Origin: a virus
Strand: one strand, 5' to 3'
Virus record (IMG/VR): IMGVR_UViG_3300027797_000013
Span: 57,643 to 121,642 of that record
Length of the DNA: 64,000 nucleotides
In this document: in pieces, positions 45,339 through 55,770 of the stretch
How positions within the stretch are numbered: position 1 is the stretch's first letter
How the letters are laid out: every line of letters begins with the position of its first letter
Notes under the pieces: model-generated
The model's input: only the letters and a program-made list of their open reading frames with translations
The model's database searches: none
What the model was told of the DNA's origin: nothing
Translations under genes and position numbers: made by a program

Positions 45339-45371
45339 AAAAAAAGCCTAATGGCTTTCACCATTAGGCTT
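45339..45371 (-). terminator. rho-independent terminator
   Basis: AAGCCTAATGG/CCATTAGGCTT stem with T-run. Confidence 0.8.
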
Positions 45372-45393
45372 GTATTATTTGATTTTATTTAGT

Positions 45394-46353
45394 TTATTGT
45401 TCGAAAGCTGATTTACCAGTTTTAAGGGATCCAACTTTATTGTTTTTACCATCATTGTATTTTTTGGCATTGACACCAGCATGACCTAAGTCACCATCAT
45501 CGCCAGTTTTATCCATATACTTCGATGTTGCAGAACCGGTTGCAGGTTTTAGATTACCAACCTTATTGCTTTTCCCATCGTTGTATTTAGCATTGACACC
45601 AGCGTGACCTAATTCTTCTTCGTCTTCCTCTCCCATCTCCATACCACCTTCTTCACCAAATTCATCTTCACTCATACCACCTTCTTCACCCATGTCATCT
45701 TCACCCATATCACCACCTAATACAGCTCCAAGAACCTCATGGAGTTTTTCAGCAGTTGCACGGTCAAGAGTGAAGGAAACTTCATCTCCCTCTCCTTCAT
45801 CACCTAATTCGTCATCAGGGGTTACTTCATCAAGGCCAAGAGCATCGAGGTCATTACCCTCCTCTGCTTCATCACCATAAGGGTTGCCGGGGCTGCCGCC
45901 AAAAGATTCTTTCATAACATTGGCGTATAGTCTGTCGAATACTGATTTTTGTCTCATAAAATTATTTAGGCTTTTACGGGCTATTTTTCTACTTTCTTTT
46001 AAACTTTCTTCATCTTCTTCTTTGTTTTGATTAGCTCTACACTGTGCACAATCGTCGCAATCACAACCTTCAGCGGCATGCTTACATCCTTCCTCTTCGT
46101 CTTCCTCAGATAGATTATTGATGTTATAAAAATTTTCTAACTCTTTACCTTTACCCTTACCCTTACCCTTACCTTTTAAGTTTCTTCTATCAATTACTTT
46201 ATTACAAAAGCCTGACTTTTCAAGAGGTCCACCAGCTTGTAAAGGAGCATCGCCAATCTCGTTTACACCTTCATTAACCGTCTTCACCTTATTAAGGATG
46301 CTACCATAAACATCACCTAATAAATTAAATTCTTTACTTTTAGATTTCGACAT
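45394..46353 (-). CDS. acidic late protein, possible prohead core/internal protein
   Basis: E/D-rich; GKGKGK; duplicated HAGVNAK.YNDGK.NKVG; late promoter. Confidence 0.7.
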   Translation of the reverse strand: MSKSKSKEFNLLGDVYGSILNKVKTVNEGVNEIGDAPLQAGGPLEKSGFCNKVIDRRNLKGKGKGKGKGKELENFYNINNLSEEDEEEGCKHAAEGCDCDDCAQCRANQNKEEDEESLKESRKIARKSLNNFMRQKSVFDRLYANVMKESFGGSPGNPYGDEAEEGNDLDALGLDEVTPDDELGDEGEGDEVSFTLDRATAEKLHEVLGAVLGGDMGEDDMGEEGGMSEDEFGEEGGMEMGEEDEEELGHAGVNAKYNDGKSNKVGNLKPATGSATSKYMDKTGDDGDLGHAGVNAKKYNDGKNNKVGSLKTGKSAFEQ

Positions 46354-46370
46354 ATAACTATTTATATAAA

Positions 46371-48077
46371 ATGTCCTCTAACAATACAAAAAGTGAATAC
46401 TATTTAGGAAATCCTAACTTACCTAACAAGCACTGGAAAGATGAGTATACAAAAGACATGGTGTACCATCTCAAAAAGAGTAAGGCTAATCTACTGCACT
46501 TTGCAGAGAATTTTTTCTACATTATCGATCCGGATAAAGGTAAGGTTGTAATCGAGCTATTTCCATTCCAGAAAAGAATGCTACGAACCCTGAGAGATAA
46601 TAGAAATGTTATACTTCTAGCTTCTCGACAGGTAGGTAAGACAACTATGTTATCAATTTACGCTCTTTGGGTTGCTTGCTTTAATGACTATCAGAATATT
46701 ATTATTGTAGCAAATAAAGAAGCTACTGCAATTGAAATCTTTCGAAGAGTAAGGTTAGCATATGAAGAGTTACCAAACTGGTTAAAACCTGGTGTTAAAG
46801 AATACGGCAAGACGTCCTGCGAATTTGAAAACGGTTCACGTATCGGCATTAGTACTACTACAGGATCTGCTGCGCGAGGTGCTTCTATTAACTGTCTAAT
46901 CGTCGACGAGATGGGTTTCGTTGAGCCACAGTCTATATTAGAGGATTTTTGGAGATCAGTGTTTCCAACTATTTCACGGTCTACAAAATCAAAAGTATTA
47001 ATAGCATCTACCCCTAATGGTACCGGTAACCTATTTCATAGACTCTATGACGGTGCTGAGAAAGGAGATAATGGGTTCGTTTACGATAGAGTTATATGGT
47101 CAGATGTACCGGGTAGAGATGAGAAATGGAAGCAGGACCAAGTAAGGGCTCTTGGTAGTATGGAGTCTTTTCTTCAAGAGTTTGAGTGTCAATTTTTATC
47201 AACTGGTGACTCATCTATTGACGAAGGACTTTTTTATGACCTATCTCAATCCTGCTGCGACCCTAAGATCATTCTAGACGAAGGTCATTATAGAATATGG
47301 GAAGAACCAGATCCAGATAAATTATATGTTGTAGGTGTTGATATTTCAGAAGGTGTTGGTATTGATGCTAGTGTAATACAGATACTTGATATTACTGATA
47401 TAAAAGCTATTAAGCAAGTAGCTGTCTATCATAATAGAATGATAGCTCCTCTTGAATTTACAAATAAATTACATTCTATTTTAAGAAACTGGGGTAGTCC
47501 TCTAGCTTTAATTGAACGTAATAATTGTGGCGCCCAGGTTGTAGATAGATTAGTTTTTGACATAGGTTATGAGAAGGTGGTTTCTTATGGTGCAAAAGTT
47601 GCTAACAGAGATAAGGTTCAAATGGGTATGATAGCTCATACTAACACCAAATACAAAGGTGTTATGAATATGAGATATTTTGTCAATGAAGTAAGAAGCG
47701 TGGAATTTAGAGATGTAGAAACACTTAAAGAGCTAAAAGACTTTGTTAGACATCCAAATGGGATATGGAAAGCAAGAGGTACAACACATGATGACAGAGT
47801 AATGTCCTTGATATATGCCTTATTCTTACTTGAGAAAGAAATAACTGAAAGATTTTTTGATATATTAGAGTTAGATGCTTATGGTAAGCCATCTGCTATT
47901 GAGCCTATGGACTTTGGTTTGAAGATGTTTGAAGATCCTACCTCAATATATCTTGATAACGAGATTGCAGGTAGTAGTACTGCAGGTCTGGGAGCTGTTG
48001 TATTCGGTATGGAGGATACAGAAGACACAAGTGACTTAGATGATCTTCTATCTTCTGGATGGGTTCAGCTAGGTTAA
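46371..48077 (+). CDS. terminase large subunit (T4 gp17-like)
   Basis: YLGNPNL, SRQVGKT, IVDE, ASTPNG, QEFEC, HDDRVM. Confidence 0.95.
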   Translation: MSSNNTKSEYYLGNPNLPNKHWKDEYTKDMVYHLKKSKANLLHFAENFFYIIDPDKGKVVIELFPFQKRMLRTLRDNRNVILLASRQVGKTTMLSIYALWVACFNDYQNIIIVANKEATAIEIFRRVRLAYEELPNWLKPGVKEYGKTSCEFENGSRIGISTTTGSAARGASINCLIVDEMGFVEPQSILEDFWRSVFPTISRSTKSKVLIASTPNGTGNLFHRLYDGAEKGDNGFVYDRVIWSDVPGRDEKWKQDQVRALGSMESFLQEFECQFLSTGDSSIDEGLFYDLSQSCCDPKIILDEGHYRIWEEPDPDKLYVVGVDISEGVGIDASVIQILDITDIKAIKQVAVYHNRMIAPLEFTNKLHSILRNWGSPLALIERNNCGAQVVDRLVFDIGYEKVVSYGAKVANRDKVQMGMIAHTNTKYKGVMNMRYFVNEVRSVEFRDVETLKELKDFVRHPNGIWKARGTTHDDRVMSLIYALFLLEKEITERFFDILELDAYGKPSAIEPMDFGLKMFEDPTSIYLDNEIAGSSTAGLGAVVFGMEDTEDTSDLDDLLSSGWVQLG

Positions 48078-48091
48078 TTCTAAATATAAAT

Positions 48092-48670
48092 ATGTCAGCC
48101 AATTTCTATCAGCAGTCAACACTTAACAAATCTCGTGCAGATAAATTTCGTATGGTATTCACCATACCCGCTGCTTTACGTAAGATAAATAGAAAACAAG
48201 AAAGATCAAATTTTACTATTAAAGAAGATTCAATTCAGTTATCTATCTATGGTACCGTTGTTCCAGAAATAGTTGTACCTGCTTTAGAAATTAGATATAC
48301 TGGTAGTACACTCTATAATTCAACTCACTCTAAAAATCCATACCCACCAGTAACTGTAAATTTTACGATAGATAACGAATATAATAACTACTGGGTTATA
48401 TACAAGTGGTTAAATTTATTACACGATGAAAAAACTGGTACCTTCGACAAGACTAATCTAATTAGTGATGATGTATTTCTTGACTATCAAACCAATATAT
48501 CGATTTACGGTCTAGATGAATACGAGAATAATAGAATTAAGTTCACTTACACAAAAGCCTTTCCAACAGGTATCGGTGGTATAACATATGACTATCGGAA
48601 TGGAGCAGAGATACAGTCAACATTTACATTCGTGTACTCACAGCTACACACAGAACTTTTAAGTACATAA
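48092..48670 (+). CDS. tail-tube-fold protein (gp3 tail completion-like); start revised
   Basis: VNFTIDNEYNNYWVIYKWL, AFPTGIGGI.YD, FTFVY. Confidence 0.65.
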   Translation: MSANFYQQSTLNKSRADKFRMVFTIPAALRKINRKQERSNFTIKEDSIQLSIYGTVVPEIVVPALEIRYTGSTLYNSTHSKNPYPPVTVNFTIDNEYNNYWVIYKWLNLLHDEKTGTFDKTNLISDDVFLDYQTNISIYGLDEYENNRIKFTYTKAFPTGIGGITYDYRNGAEIQSTFTFVYSQLHTELLST

Positions 48671-48706
48671 AAACGAAAACATGACTGCAAAAACATAAAT
48701 ATTTGT

Positions 48707-51097
48707 ATGTCAAAACGAATGATACAATCACCAGGTGTGGAGATCAATGAGATAGACTTATCTCTTAGACTACCGACACCTGCAGGAACTACCATATATG
48801 CTACAGGATTTAGTGATCAAGGTCCAGCCGATGAAGTTGTCCAAGTCTCAAGTATTAATGAGTTTGAGCAAATTTACGGTTTACCTAAAACTCCTGCTGA
48901 GAGATATTTTTATCACACTGTTAAGGCCTGTGCTAGTTCACAGGCTAGAGTCTTAGTTAATAGATTACCATACGGTGCTGATACAGGTGATGGTTTTGGA
49001 TCTTATGTATCTGTATTAGCTTATCCAGCTGCAGTTACAAGAAAAGATACAGGTCCCACTGCTCCATTCTATACCCCTTTAACAGGAGCAGCAGGTACTT
49101 CAGCCGCTTTATCAGGTATACCTGCAACCTTCACTGACTCTGATACATTATCAAGCGAGTTAACTTATTTCTTAGGTGCACCTCGTCAATTTAATCTAAC
49201 TCAAACTGAATATAGTAGTTTGCTTGCTGGTAGTTTTGTAACATGGAAAAATACAATAAGCTCGTGGAGCGATGCATCTAACCAAGCAGAATATATTGGC
49301 GCCGCCGCCGTTGTGGTTATTAATAAAGGACAATCCACTATTAATAATCAAGGTCACGGATACTACCTTGGTATAGCTGACAACACGGCAATAAATCCAG
49401 CAAGTGCTTATAATTCTATACTAGATGTTTATACTACGTCTATCTCAGCAGGTCAGACAGGTATTAACAAAGCTAACTATACTAAGATACCTACTACAAG
49501 ATTAGACTTCGCTCTCTCTGCAGAGCCTGGATATATTCAAAATAGTGTATCACAGGTAATGGAAGAAGGTATTGTACCTTACGATATTGGTTCTAGGTAC
49601 TATGACGATACCTTAACTGTTGGTGTATTTAAATTGCGTCAATCAGTATTTTCTAATAGTCAAGACAATAATGCATTGACCTATATTCGTGAGGAAGGAT
49701 ACAATGGCTCAATTGGTTATGATCGTACAAAACCTAACCAAGACGGACCAGCTGCTAACTTCTTTATAGAGAATGTTGAAAGTGGTTCACGTAATATTGA
49801 AATTTTAGTTAATCCGTATATATCTAGTGTTAATTCAGCTGCACCTCTTAATGCAGACGGAACTCCAAAGAGAAAGATAAGAGTATTGTCAGAACAACTT
49901 AAAACCATAGCTACTAATGAGGTAACAGTAGGGATTGGAGCCACTAAGAACATGATTACAGAATTTATTAAAACATTAGGTTCGGCAGACGCTCTATTCC
50001 CACTCGGTTCTTATACAGATGGTAGTAATAGTCTTAAAGTTATTGGTGAGATACCAGGTAAAATCGAAAGAGCATTAGAAGGTATTCGTAACTCAGAAAT
50101 TTACGATGTAGATATACTTGTCGAAGGCGGCCTGGGAACTATTTACAACACAACTAAAGCTCTTAATGTAACTTATTTCAACGATACAGCTCACGTACCA
50201 TCTATAGACTCTTTAAGAACATCAGGTGAGCTAACATCAAATGATTCACGTAGTAACTACACAACTGTGTTTAATAAATTTGCTAATTTCGCTGGACCAC
50301 CAAAAGATGGAGGTCGTGGTGATATACTATTCTTAGCGGATCCTTTAAGACAAATCTTAGTTATTGGCAAAGAAACTAAAATATTATCAGACAAGACTAA
50401 GATATTTACTAGAGATGTCTATTGGGCTCTTAGACATCAATTTGAATTAACTAATACATCTTACGCCGCAACATACGCAAATTATCTAAAGGTATTAGAT
50501 GATTCAAGCGGAGTTTATAACTTTATTCCACCTTCAGGCTTCGTAGCCGCTAAGATAGTCGCGACTGATTCTGAAATTGGACCATGGGGTGCACCAGCTG
50601 GTTTTAATAGAGGTATATTAACAAACGTTGTTGACGTAGCCATTACTCCTAATCAACATCAACGTGATAGTTTATATCAAATTAATATTAACCCAATTGC
50701 TACTTTTGCTGATCAAGGAGTTGTAGTATTCGGTCAAAAGACATTGCTTAAAAAGCCAAGTGCGTTCGACCGTATTAACGTTCGTAGAACTTTCCTATAC
50801 TTAGAGAAGGCTACAAAGTCTGTAATGAGGTTCTTCATATTTGAAAACAATACCTTGTTCACACGTGCACGGATTATTAATACACTATCGCCTTTCTTCG
50901 AGAGAGTAAAGGCTGCAGATGGGTTATACGATTACTTGATCGTATGTGATGAAAGAAATAATACACCAGAAGTAATTGATAATAATGAGTTAATAGTAGA
51001 TATATATCTAAAGCCAGTTAGAACTGCAGAATTCATTAGAGTTAACTTCTACGCAACAAGAACCGATGCTAACTTTGAAGAGTTAGCCGGTGGATAA
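48707..51097 (+). CDS. tail sheath protein (gp18-like)
   Basis: SPGVEINEIDL, WGAPAGFNRG, GQKTL, FDRINVRR, DERNNTPEVID. Confidence 0.95.
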   Translation: MSKRMIQSPGVEINEIDLSLRLPTPAGTTIYATGFSDQGPADEVVQVSSINEFEQIYGLPKTPAERYFYHTVKACASSQARVLVNRLPYGADTGDGFGSYVSVLAYPAAVTRKDTGPTAPFYTPLTGAAGTSAALSGIPATFTDSDTLSSELTYFLGAPRQFNLTQTEYSSLLAGSFVTWKNTISSWSDASNQAEYIGAAAVVVINKGQSTINNQGHGYYLGIADNTAINPASAYNSILDVYTTSISAGQTGINKANYTKIPTTRLDFALSAEPGYIQNSVSQVMEEGIVPYDIGSRYYDDTLTVGVFKLRQSVFSNSQDNNALTYIREEGYNGSIGYDRTKPNQDGPAANFFIENVESGSRNIEILVNPYISSVNSAAPLNADGTPKRKIRVLSEQLKTIATNEVTVGIGATKNMITEFIKTLGSADALFPLGSYTDGSNSLKVIGEIPGKIERALEGIRNSEIYDVDILVEGGLGTIYNTTKALNVTYFNDTAHVPSIDSLRTSGELTSNDSRSNYTTVFNKFANFAGPPKDGGRGDILFLADPLRQILVIGKETKILSDKTKIFTRDVYWALRHQFELTNTSYAATYANYLKVLDDSSGVYNFIPPSGFVAAKIVATDSEIGPWGAPAGFNRGILTNVVDVAITPNQHQRDSLYQININPIATFADQGVVVFGQKTLLKKPSAFDRINVRRTFLYLEKATKSVMRFFIFENNTLFTRARIINTLSPFFERVKAADGLYDYLIVCDERNNTPEVIDNNELIVDIYLKPVRTAEFIRVNFYATRTDANFEELAGG

Positions 51098-51120
51098 GAA
51101 CTAATTACATAAACTAAAGA

Positions 51121-51149
51121 ATAGCAGCAGTAATGCTGCTATTTTTTTT
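51121..51149 (+). terminator. rho-independent terminator after the sheath gene
   Basis: ATAGCAGCA/TGCTGCTAT followed by T-run. Confidence 0.85.
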
Positions 51150-51182
51150 GTAATAATCCTCTGTAAAGATATAAATAATAAT

Positions 51183-51719
51183 ATGCCTGTAAATCAAAAC
51201 ATTCAAAATTTTTATAGAGTTGCTGCTTCACGAGACTTCTCTCGCGACTTTCTATTCCGTGTAACAGATCTAAAGCTAGATGGTTTACCTGCTATGAACG
51301 AAGAGCAGTTAATTTATGCTAAAGCTGCCTCTTTACCAGGTAGAACTATTACCAACGTAGCTGTCCCATATATGGGGTTACCTTTAAATGTTCCTGGTAA
51401 CGCTACTTACCCAGGTTCTGAAGGATATACACTTAATTTCTTCCTTGACGCAGATAGCTCTTTAAGAAATTACTTTGAAGTTGCTTCACGTAATTTATTT
51501 AATGATCAAAGTTCTACAGGTGCTTATGGTACACCAGATGAAAGCTCTTACATTACTTTAGCTCAGCTTGACAAGAACTTAGAAATAATTTCTAACTATA
51601 AATTAATAGGTGCTTCTTTAAGAGCTATTAACAATATTGAATACACTATGTCTGCTGGTACAGGTCAGACAGTTGATATAGGGGTTACAATATCTTATCA
51701 CTTTTACGTCAATCTTTAG
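51183..51719 (+). CDS. tail tube protein (gp19-like)
   Basis: Follows the sheath gene; AASLPG....V.VPYMG....VPG. Confidence 0.8.
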   Translation: MPVNQNIQNFYRVAASRDFSRDFLFRVTDLKLDGLPAMNEEQLIYAKAASLPGRTITNVAVPYMGLPLNVPGNATYPGSEGYTLNFFLDADSSLRNYFEVASRNLFNDQSSTGAYGTPDESSYITLAQLDKNLEIISNYKLIGASLRAINNIEYTMSAGTGQTVDIGVTISYHFYVNL

Positions 51720-51738
51720 ATTAGACTTAAATATATAA

Positions 51739-52473
51739 GTGGCTACATCACCTATACGTTCTAGATTAGCACTGCATCAGGCTTGGATAAGCGATTTACC
51801 GTTAAAGTTTCTTTGGACGGTAAATTTTTCTACTCGCTCAGGTAATAGTACGACTGAGCTCGGAAACAACATTAGTAGAGTGCTTTCAAAATATGAAAGA
51901 CGAGAGTCGAGATTTTGGAAAATTAACTCAAATCAATTATCAGATCAATCGGACCCGTCAGGAAGCTTTGGATTACTTGTAGCGCAAACTATAGGTTTTC
52001 CAAACGAATCATTTAGGATATCTACACAAGGTGTAGAGGAAATGGGTGGATTTATTAAGGGTTATGTTGGTAGTGAGAGAGGTGAATACGGAAGTAGTAA
52101 CAGGATTGATATAACCTTTCTAGAGACTAATGTTGATATAGTTGATAATTTTATTAAGCCTTGGATTATAGCATGCTCACATAGAGGTTTAATAGAAGAT
52201 GGAAATAGTCAGGAGGACATAAAGTGTAATATAACAGTAGATCTGTTCACACGTGACAAAAGATCATACTCTAATCCAAATATAAGCTATAAACCATACC
52301 CTAGTAAATTAGAACCTCGTAAACGCATTGAATTTTACAATGCGGTACCGTATAATGTGGAAGGAGACTCAATAAGTTACGGTGAGCTAACAGAAAGTGA
52401 TTGGAAAAAAACTGTAGCATTTGCATTTTCACACTATAGTGTAGTTACTCCAGACGATTGGTTGTCTGATTAA
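51739..52473 (+). CDS. tube-fold baseplate protein (gp54-like)
   Basis: Synteny; ITFLETN, FYNAVP. Confidence 0.55.
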   Translation: MATSPIRSRLALHQAWISDLPLKFLWTVNFSTRSGNSTTELGNNISRVLSKYERRESRFWKINSNQLSDQSDPSGSFGLLVAQTIGFPNESFRISTQGVEEMGGFIKGYVGSERGEYGSSNRIDITFLETNVDIVDNFIKPWIIACSHRGLIEDGNSQEDIKCNITVDLFTRDKRSYSNPNISYKPYPSKLEPRKRIEFYNAVPYNVEGDSISYGELTESDWKKTVAFAFSHYSVVTPDDWLSD

Positions 52474-52475
52474 TT

Positions 52476-53294
52476 ATGTTGCAGTTTTCTATACTAGTTA
52501 AGCTACCAAGTGGTCGATCTATAAGAGTTGCAGAATTGCCTAATAAGCTATATCTTAATCTCATTAAGTATAGTGAGAATAGAGACCTTGAAGGATTGAA
52601 TAGATTCTTTATAGAACTACTTAATATACCTTATGACTTAGATATAATAGATAGATTATATCTTCTTATATACTATCGAATGGTATTTATTAGTGATAAT
52701 ATTATATTTACTAATAAGGAAAATAAGTCTCTTGAATTTAGCATAGATTTAATATTAGAAAAATTAGAAAAGTATAATCAAGATTATAGCTGTGTAATAG
52801 AGGATAAGGATATAAAAATTAGTCTAGGCTTACCTACTGTTATTTATTTTGATGAAAGTTATAATATATTTAATAGTGTAATTCGTACCATACACATTAA
52901 AGACACGTTTATAGATTTTAATAAACTCTCTATAAAGGAAAGAGATAACATCTTAACACTACTACCATCACGTATTGCAAATAAAATAAATAATTATATA
53001 GATAGTATTAGAAGAGATATTGGTGATATAATATTAATTGATAGTAAAGAGGAGTTTGATATACAACAGTATAGTGTAGATATACTGTCTAATAGAACTA
53101 TGTTATTTGTGTGTTCTCTTTACTCTCACAACTTGATCGACTACTTTGAGACATTGTACGGGTATGTTACAAAGATAAGCGCAGACTCAGAATTCTACAA
53201 AAATCTATCCCCAGTAGAAACAAGAATCATTCTTAACATACATAACAAAGCAGTTGAAAAAGAAAATAAAGAGTTGAAAAAACAGCAACATTAA
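52476..53294 (+). CDS. baseplate hub assembly protein (gp26/gp51-like)
   Basis: Synteny; KLPSG, LSPVETRI. Confidence 0.55.
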   Translation: MLQFSILVKLPSGRSIRVAELPNKLYLNLIKYSENRDLEGLNRFFIELLNIPYDLDIIDRLYLLIYYRMVFISDNIIFTNKENKSLEFSIDLILEKLEKYNQDYSCVIEDKDIKISLGLPTVIYFDESYNIFNSVIRTIHIKDTFIDFNKLSIKERDNILTLLPSRIANKINNYIDSIRRDIGDIILIDSKEEFDIQQYSVDILSNRTMLFVCSLYSHNLIDYFETLYGYVTKISADSEFYKNLSPVETRIILNIHNKAVEKENKELKKQQH

Positions 53295-53306
53295 CTATAA
53301 TAGCGT

Positions 53307-54041
53307 ATGAGTGAAATTTCTAATATTTTAAAAGAATTGCAGTCAGTAGAAGATGATTCTGTAATAGATGTATTTGTACCATCGGTAAATAGATTAGTTA
53401 AATTTAAGCCACTGTCTGTAAAACAGCATCATGAAATTTTAAAATGTGGTATTGATGGAGTATTAGGTAGTATTAAATTATCGACTATTTTTAATAAAAT
53501 TATTATCGATAACAGTTTAGAATCTATCGATTTTACAGTATATGATACTGAATGGATTTTATTAAAATTAAGAATGGCTAATGTAGGTGATAGTGTAACT
53601 ATAAAAGAACAGACTTACAATTTAAATGATTTAGTCAGAAGTAAAAAAATATTTGATTATACAGATGAAATATCTTACAAAGATATTATCGTTCAGTTAG
53701 CAGTACCAAATATTAAACGTGATATAGAGATATCTGAAGCTTGCCACAAGGATTTTAGTAAAGGTAATATAGAGGATAGGTTAGTATCTGAAACTATTAG
53801 CTCTATGCTTTCATACGAAGTTATAAAGTTTATAAAAACTGTAACTGTTAATGATTTAACAGTTAATTTCGATAGTGTTACTACAGCAGATAAAAGAAAA
53901 ATACTTGAAAATTTACCATTATCTATTAATAATATGATTACTAATTTTATTACAAACTATCGTGATCATGAACAGGTATCATATACCTTTGAAGATGGTA
54001 TAGCTTTAGCAATTGATGGTGACTTTTTGACTAGAGCTTAA
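53307..54041 (+). CDS. baseplate hub protein (gp26-like)
   Basis: VPS....VKFKPLSVK, D.EWILLKLR...VG. Confidence 0.65.
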   Translation: MSEISNILKELQSVEDDSVIDVFVPSVNRLVKFKPLSVKQHHEILKCGIDGVLGSIKLSTIFNKIIIDNSLESIDFTVYDTEWILLKLRMANVGDSVTIKEQTYNLNDLVRSKKIFDYTDEISYKDIIVQLAVPNIKRDIEISEACHKDFSKGNIEDRLVSETISSMLSYEVIKFIKTVTVNDLTVNFDSVTTADKRKILENLPLSINNMITNFITNYRDHEQVSYTFEDGIALAIDGDFLTRA

Positions 54042-54049
54042 ATATATGT

Positions 54050-55768
54050 GTGGATAACTTAGTACAGCCTCTCGTAGAGGGTTTACAAAAAATAAACGAG
54101 TCTGAAAAAAACGCTTCAGACTCTTCTAAATTTATTGTTAGTAATGAGAAGCTAGTTGAAGAGACACCTATACATTTAAAAAATATAAGTAAATCTCTTG
54201 ATAATTTAATAACGTTATTAGGAGAAAAGAATCAAGTTTCACAGTCAAGTGCTAAGGAGGTTAACGGTAACACTCAACCAGTACCAGGTGAAACTATTAA
54301 TGTTAATGAGCAGTCGCCAGCTAAGTTAAGTAGTAAATTAAGCCAACCCGAGAAGGAAAGATATAAAGAAATTTTTACTATCTTAGGTGATACTATAGAT
54401 ATAGGAAAGTTTGCAGAGGGTCCAGAAGCTAATAGATTACTAACACCTTCATCTATTGATAACCGCGAGGATATCAAGCAGATACTACCACAGACTAGTA
54501 GAAATGTTAATGAAAATGAGCCTGCCTCTCTGCTAGCAACTCTTGCTGCGTTAGCTTTAGCTTATGATGTTTTATCAGGTAACATATCAGGTGCTATACA
54601 GTCTATTTTTAGATCGGTAAAGCAGTCTTTTGATACCCTTATTGACGATATAATGCGGGTGACTGGTAAAGTAAAAAAAATCTTTACAAATCTTGTCGAC
54701 GATATAGATGGAATGTTTAAAGGTATTAAGGACATTATTAAGCCATATATAGATGAAATCGTAAAGTTTCTTGGTAACTTATTACCTGGTTGGATGAAAA
54801 ATTTGCTGCCAGCTGCTTTAAGACCAGGTAATGTGCCGACGAGACCACCTACTTCATCTACAATCCCTGGACCTGCAAGAGTACCAACAACCTCACCTAC
54901 AGTACCAGGACCAGTTAATGCATCTCCAGCCCCTAGTCCAGCTAATACATCTTGGTATAAAAGACTACCCGGCGCAAACAAGGTAGCTCAATTAGCAGGT
55001 AGCGTCAAATCCGCAGCTATAGACCCAGTTATAAAAATTATAAAAGGTGCAGCTGCTGTTGTAGGTGGACCTAGAGGTGTACTAAAAGGTATGGGGAAGG
55101 TATTACGAGGTGTACCGCTAGTAGGACCTGTAATTGAATTATTTTTCGGAAAAGGTGATATAGAAAAGCTAAAAGAGCAGCGTGCTAACAATGAAATAAC
55201 TACTGATGAAGAGTTATATAGACTTGCTGGTCAGAGAGTTATTAAAGGTATCGGAGGACTATTAGGAGGTGCTAGTGGCGCTTTAGCGCTAAGCTGGATA
55301 CCTGGTATCGGGACACTTGCTGGTGGGTTAATTGGTGATATATTAGGTAGAATTGGTGCTGAGACTGTAGCTAACTATCTTCTACCAAAAGAGACCACCA
55401 TGGATATAGGTAGGCTTGTTGTTAAAAGCCCTATCAAAGAAGAGGAGTTACAAGACTTTCTTGTCAAAGGAGATAGAGTGTATAAATTTAACAATAAGGA
55501 CGAGGTTTTAGGTATGAAGGAAGGTGGAGCAGTTAATAGTTTAATATCTAGCATCACTAATACAAATGAAAAACAATTCAGTATATCTACTCGTCAGGTA
55601 AAAATATTAGAGGAGATTCGTGATGGTATAAAAGAGGCCTTAACCTTAAGAAGCTCTAGTAATACAAATAACTATAATGGAGGCAGAGAGAGTCAAACAA
55701 GACCATCTCTTACACCGTTTAACCTTAGGTCAGAGTTCGACTCTATGAACAATATAGCAACTATTTAA
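54050..55768 (+). CDS. baseplate hub/tape-measure-like protein (gp29-like)
   Basis: Synteny; Gly/hydrophobic helices; Pro/Thr-rich linker. Confidence 0.55.
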   Translation: MDNLVQPLVEGLQKINESEKNASDSSKFIVSNEKLVEETPIHLKNISKSLDNLITLLGEKNQVSQSSAKEVNGNTQPVPGETINVNEQSPAKLSSKLSQPEKERYKEIFTILGDTIDIGKFAEGPEANRLLTPSSIDNREDIKQILPQTSRNVNENEPASLLATLAALALAYDVLSGNISGAIQSIFRSVKQSFDTLIDDIMRVTGKVKKIFTNLVDDIDGMFKGIKDIIKPYIDEIVKFLGNLLPGWMKNLLPAALRPGNVPTRPPTSSTIPGPARVPTTSPTVPGPVNASPAPSPANTSWYKRLPGANKVAQLAGSVKSAAIDPVIKIIKGAAAVVGGPRGVLKGMGKVLRGVPLVGPVIELFFGKGDIEKLKEQRANNEITTDEELYRLAGQRVIKGIGGLLGGASGALALSWIPGIGTLAGGLIGDILGRIGAETVANYLLPKETTMDIGRLVVKSPIKEEELQDFLVKGDRVYKFNNKDEVLGMKEGGAVNSLISSITNTNEKQFSISTRQVKILEEIRDGIKEALTLRSSSNTNNYNGGRESQTRPSLTPFNLRSEFDSMNNIATI

Positions 55769-55770
55769 AA

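Noticed and set aside
46371-51097. Intein or intron in terminase or sheath genes
   Set aside because: Both ORFs are continuous, and no splice motifs or homing endonuclease were seen.
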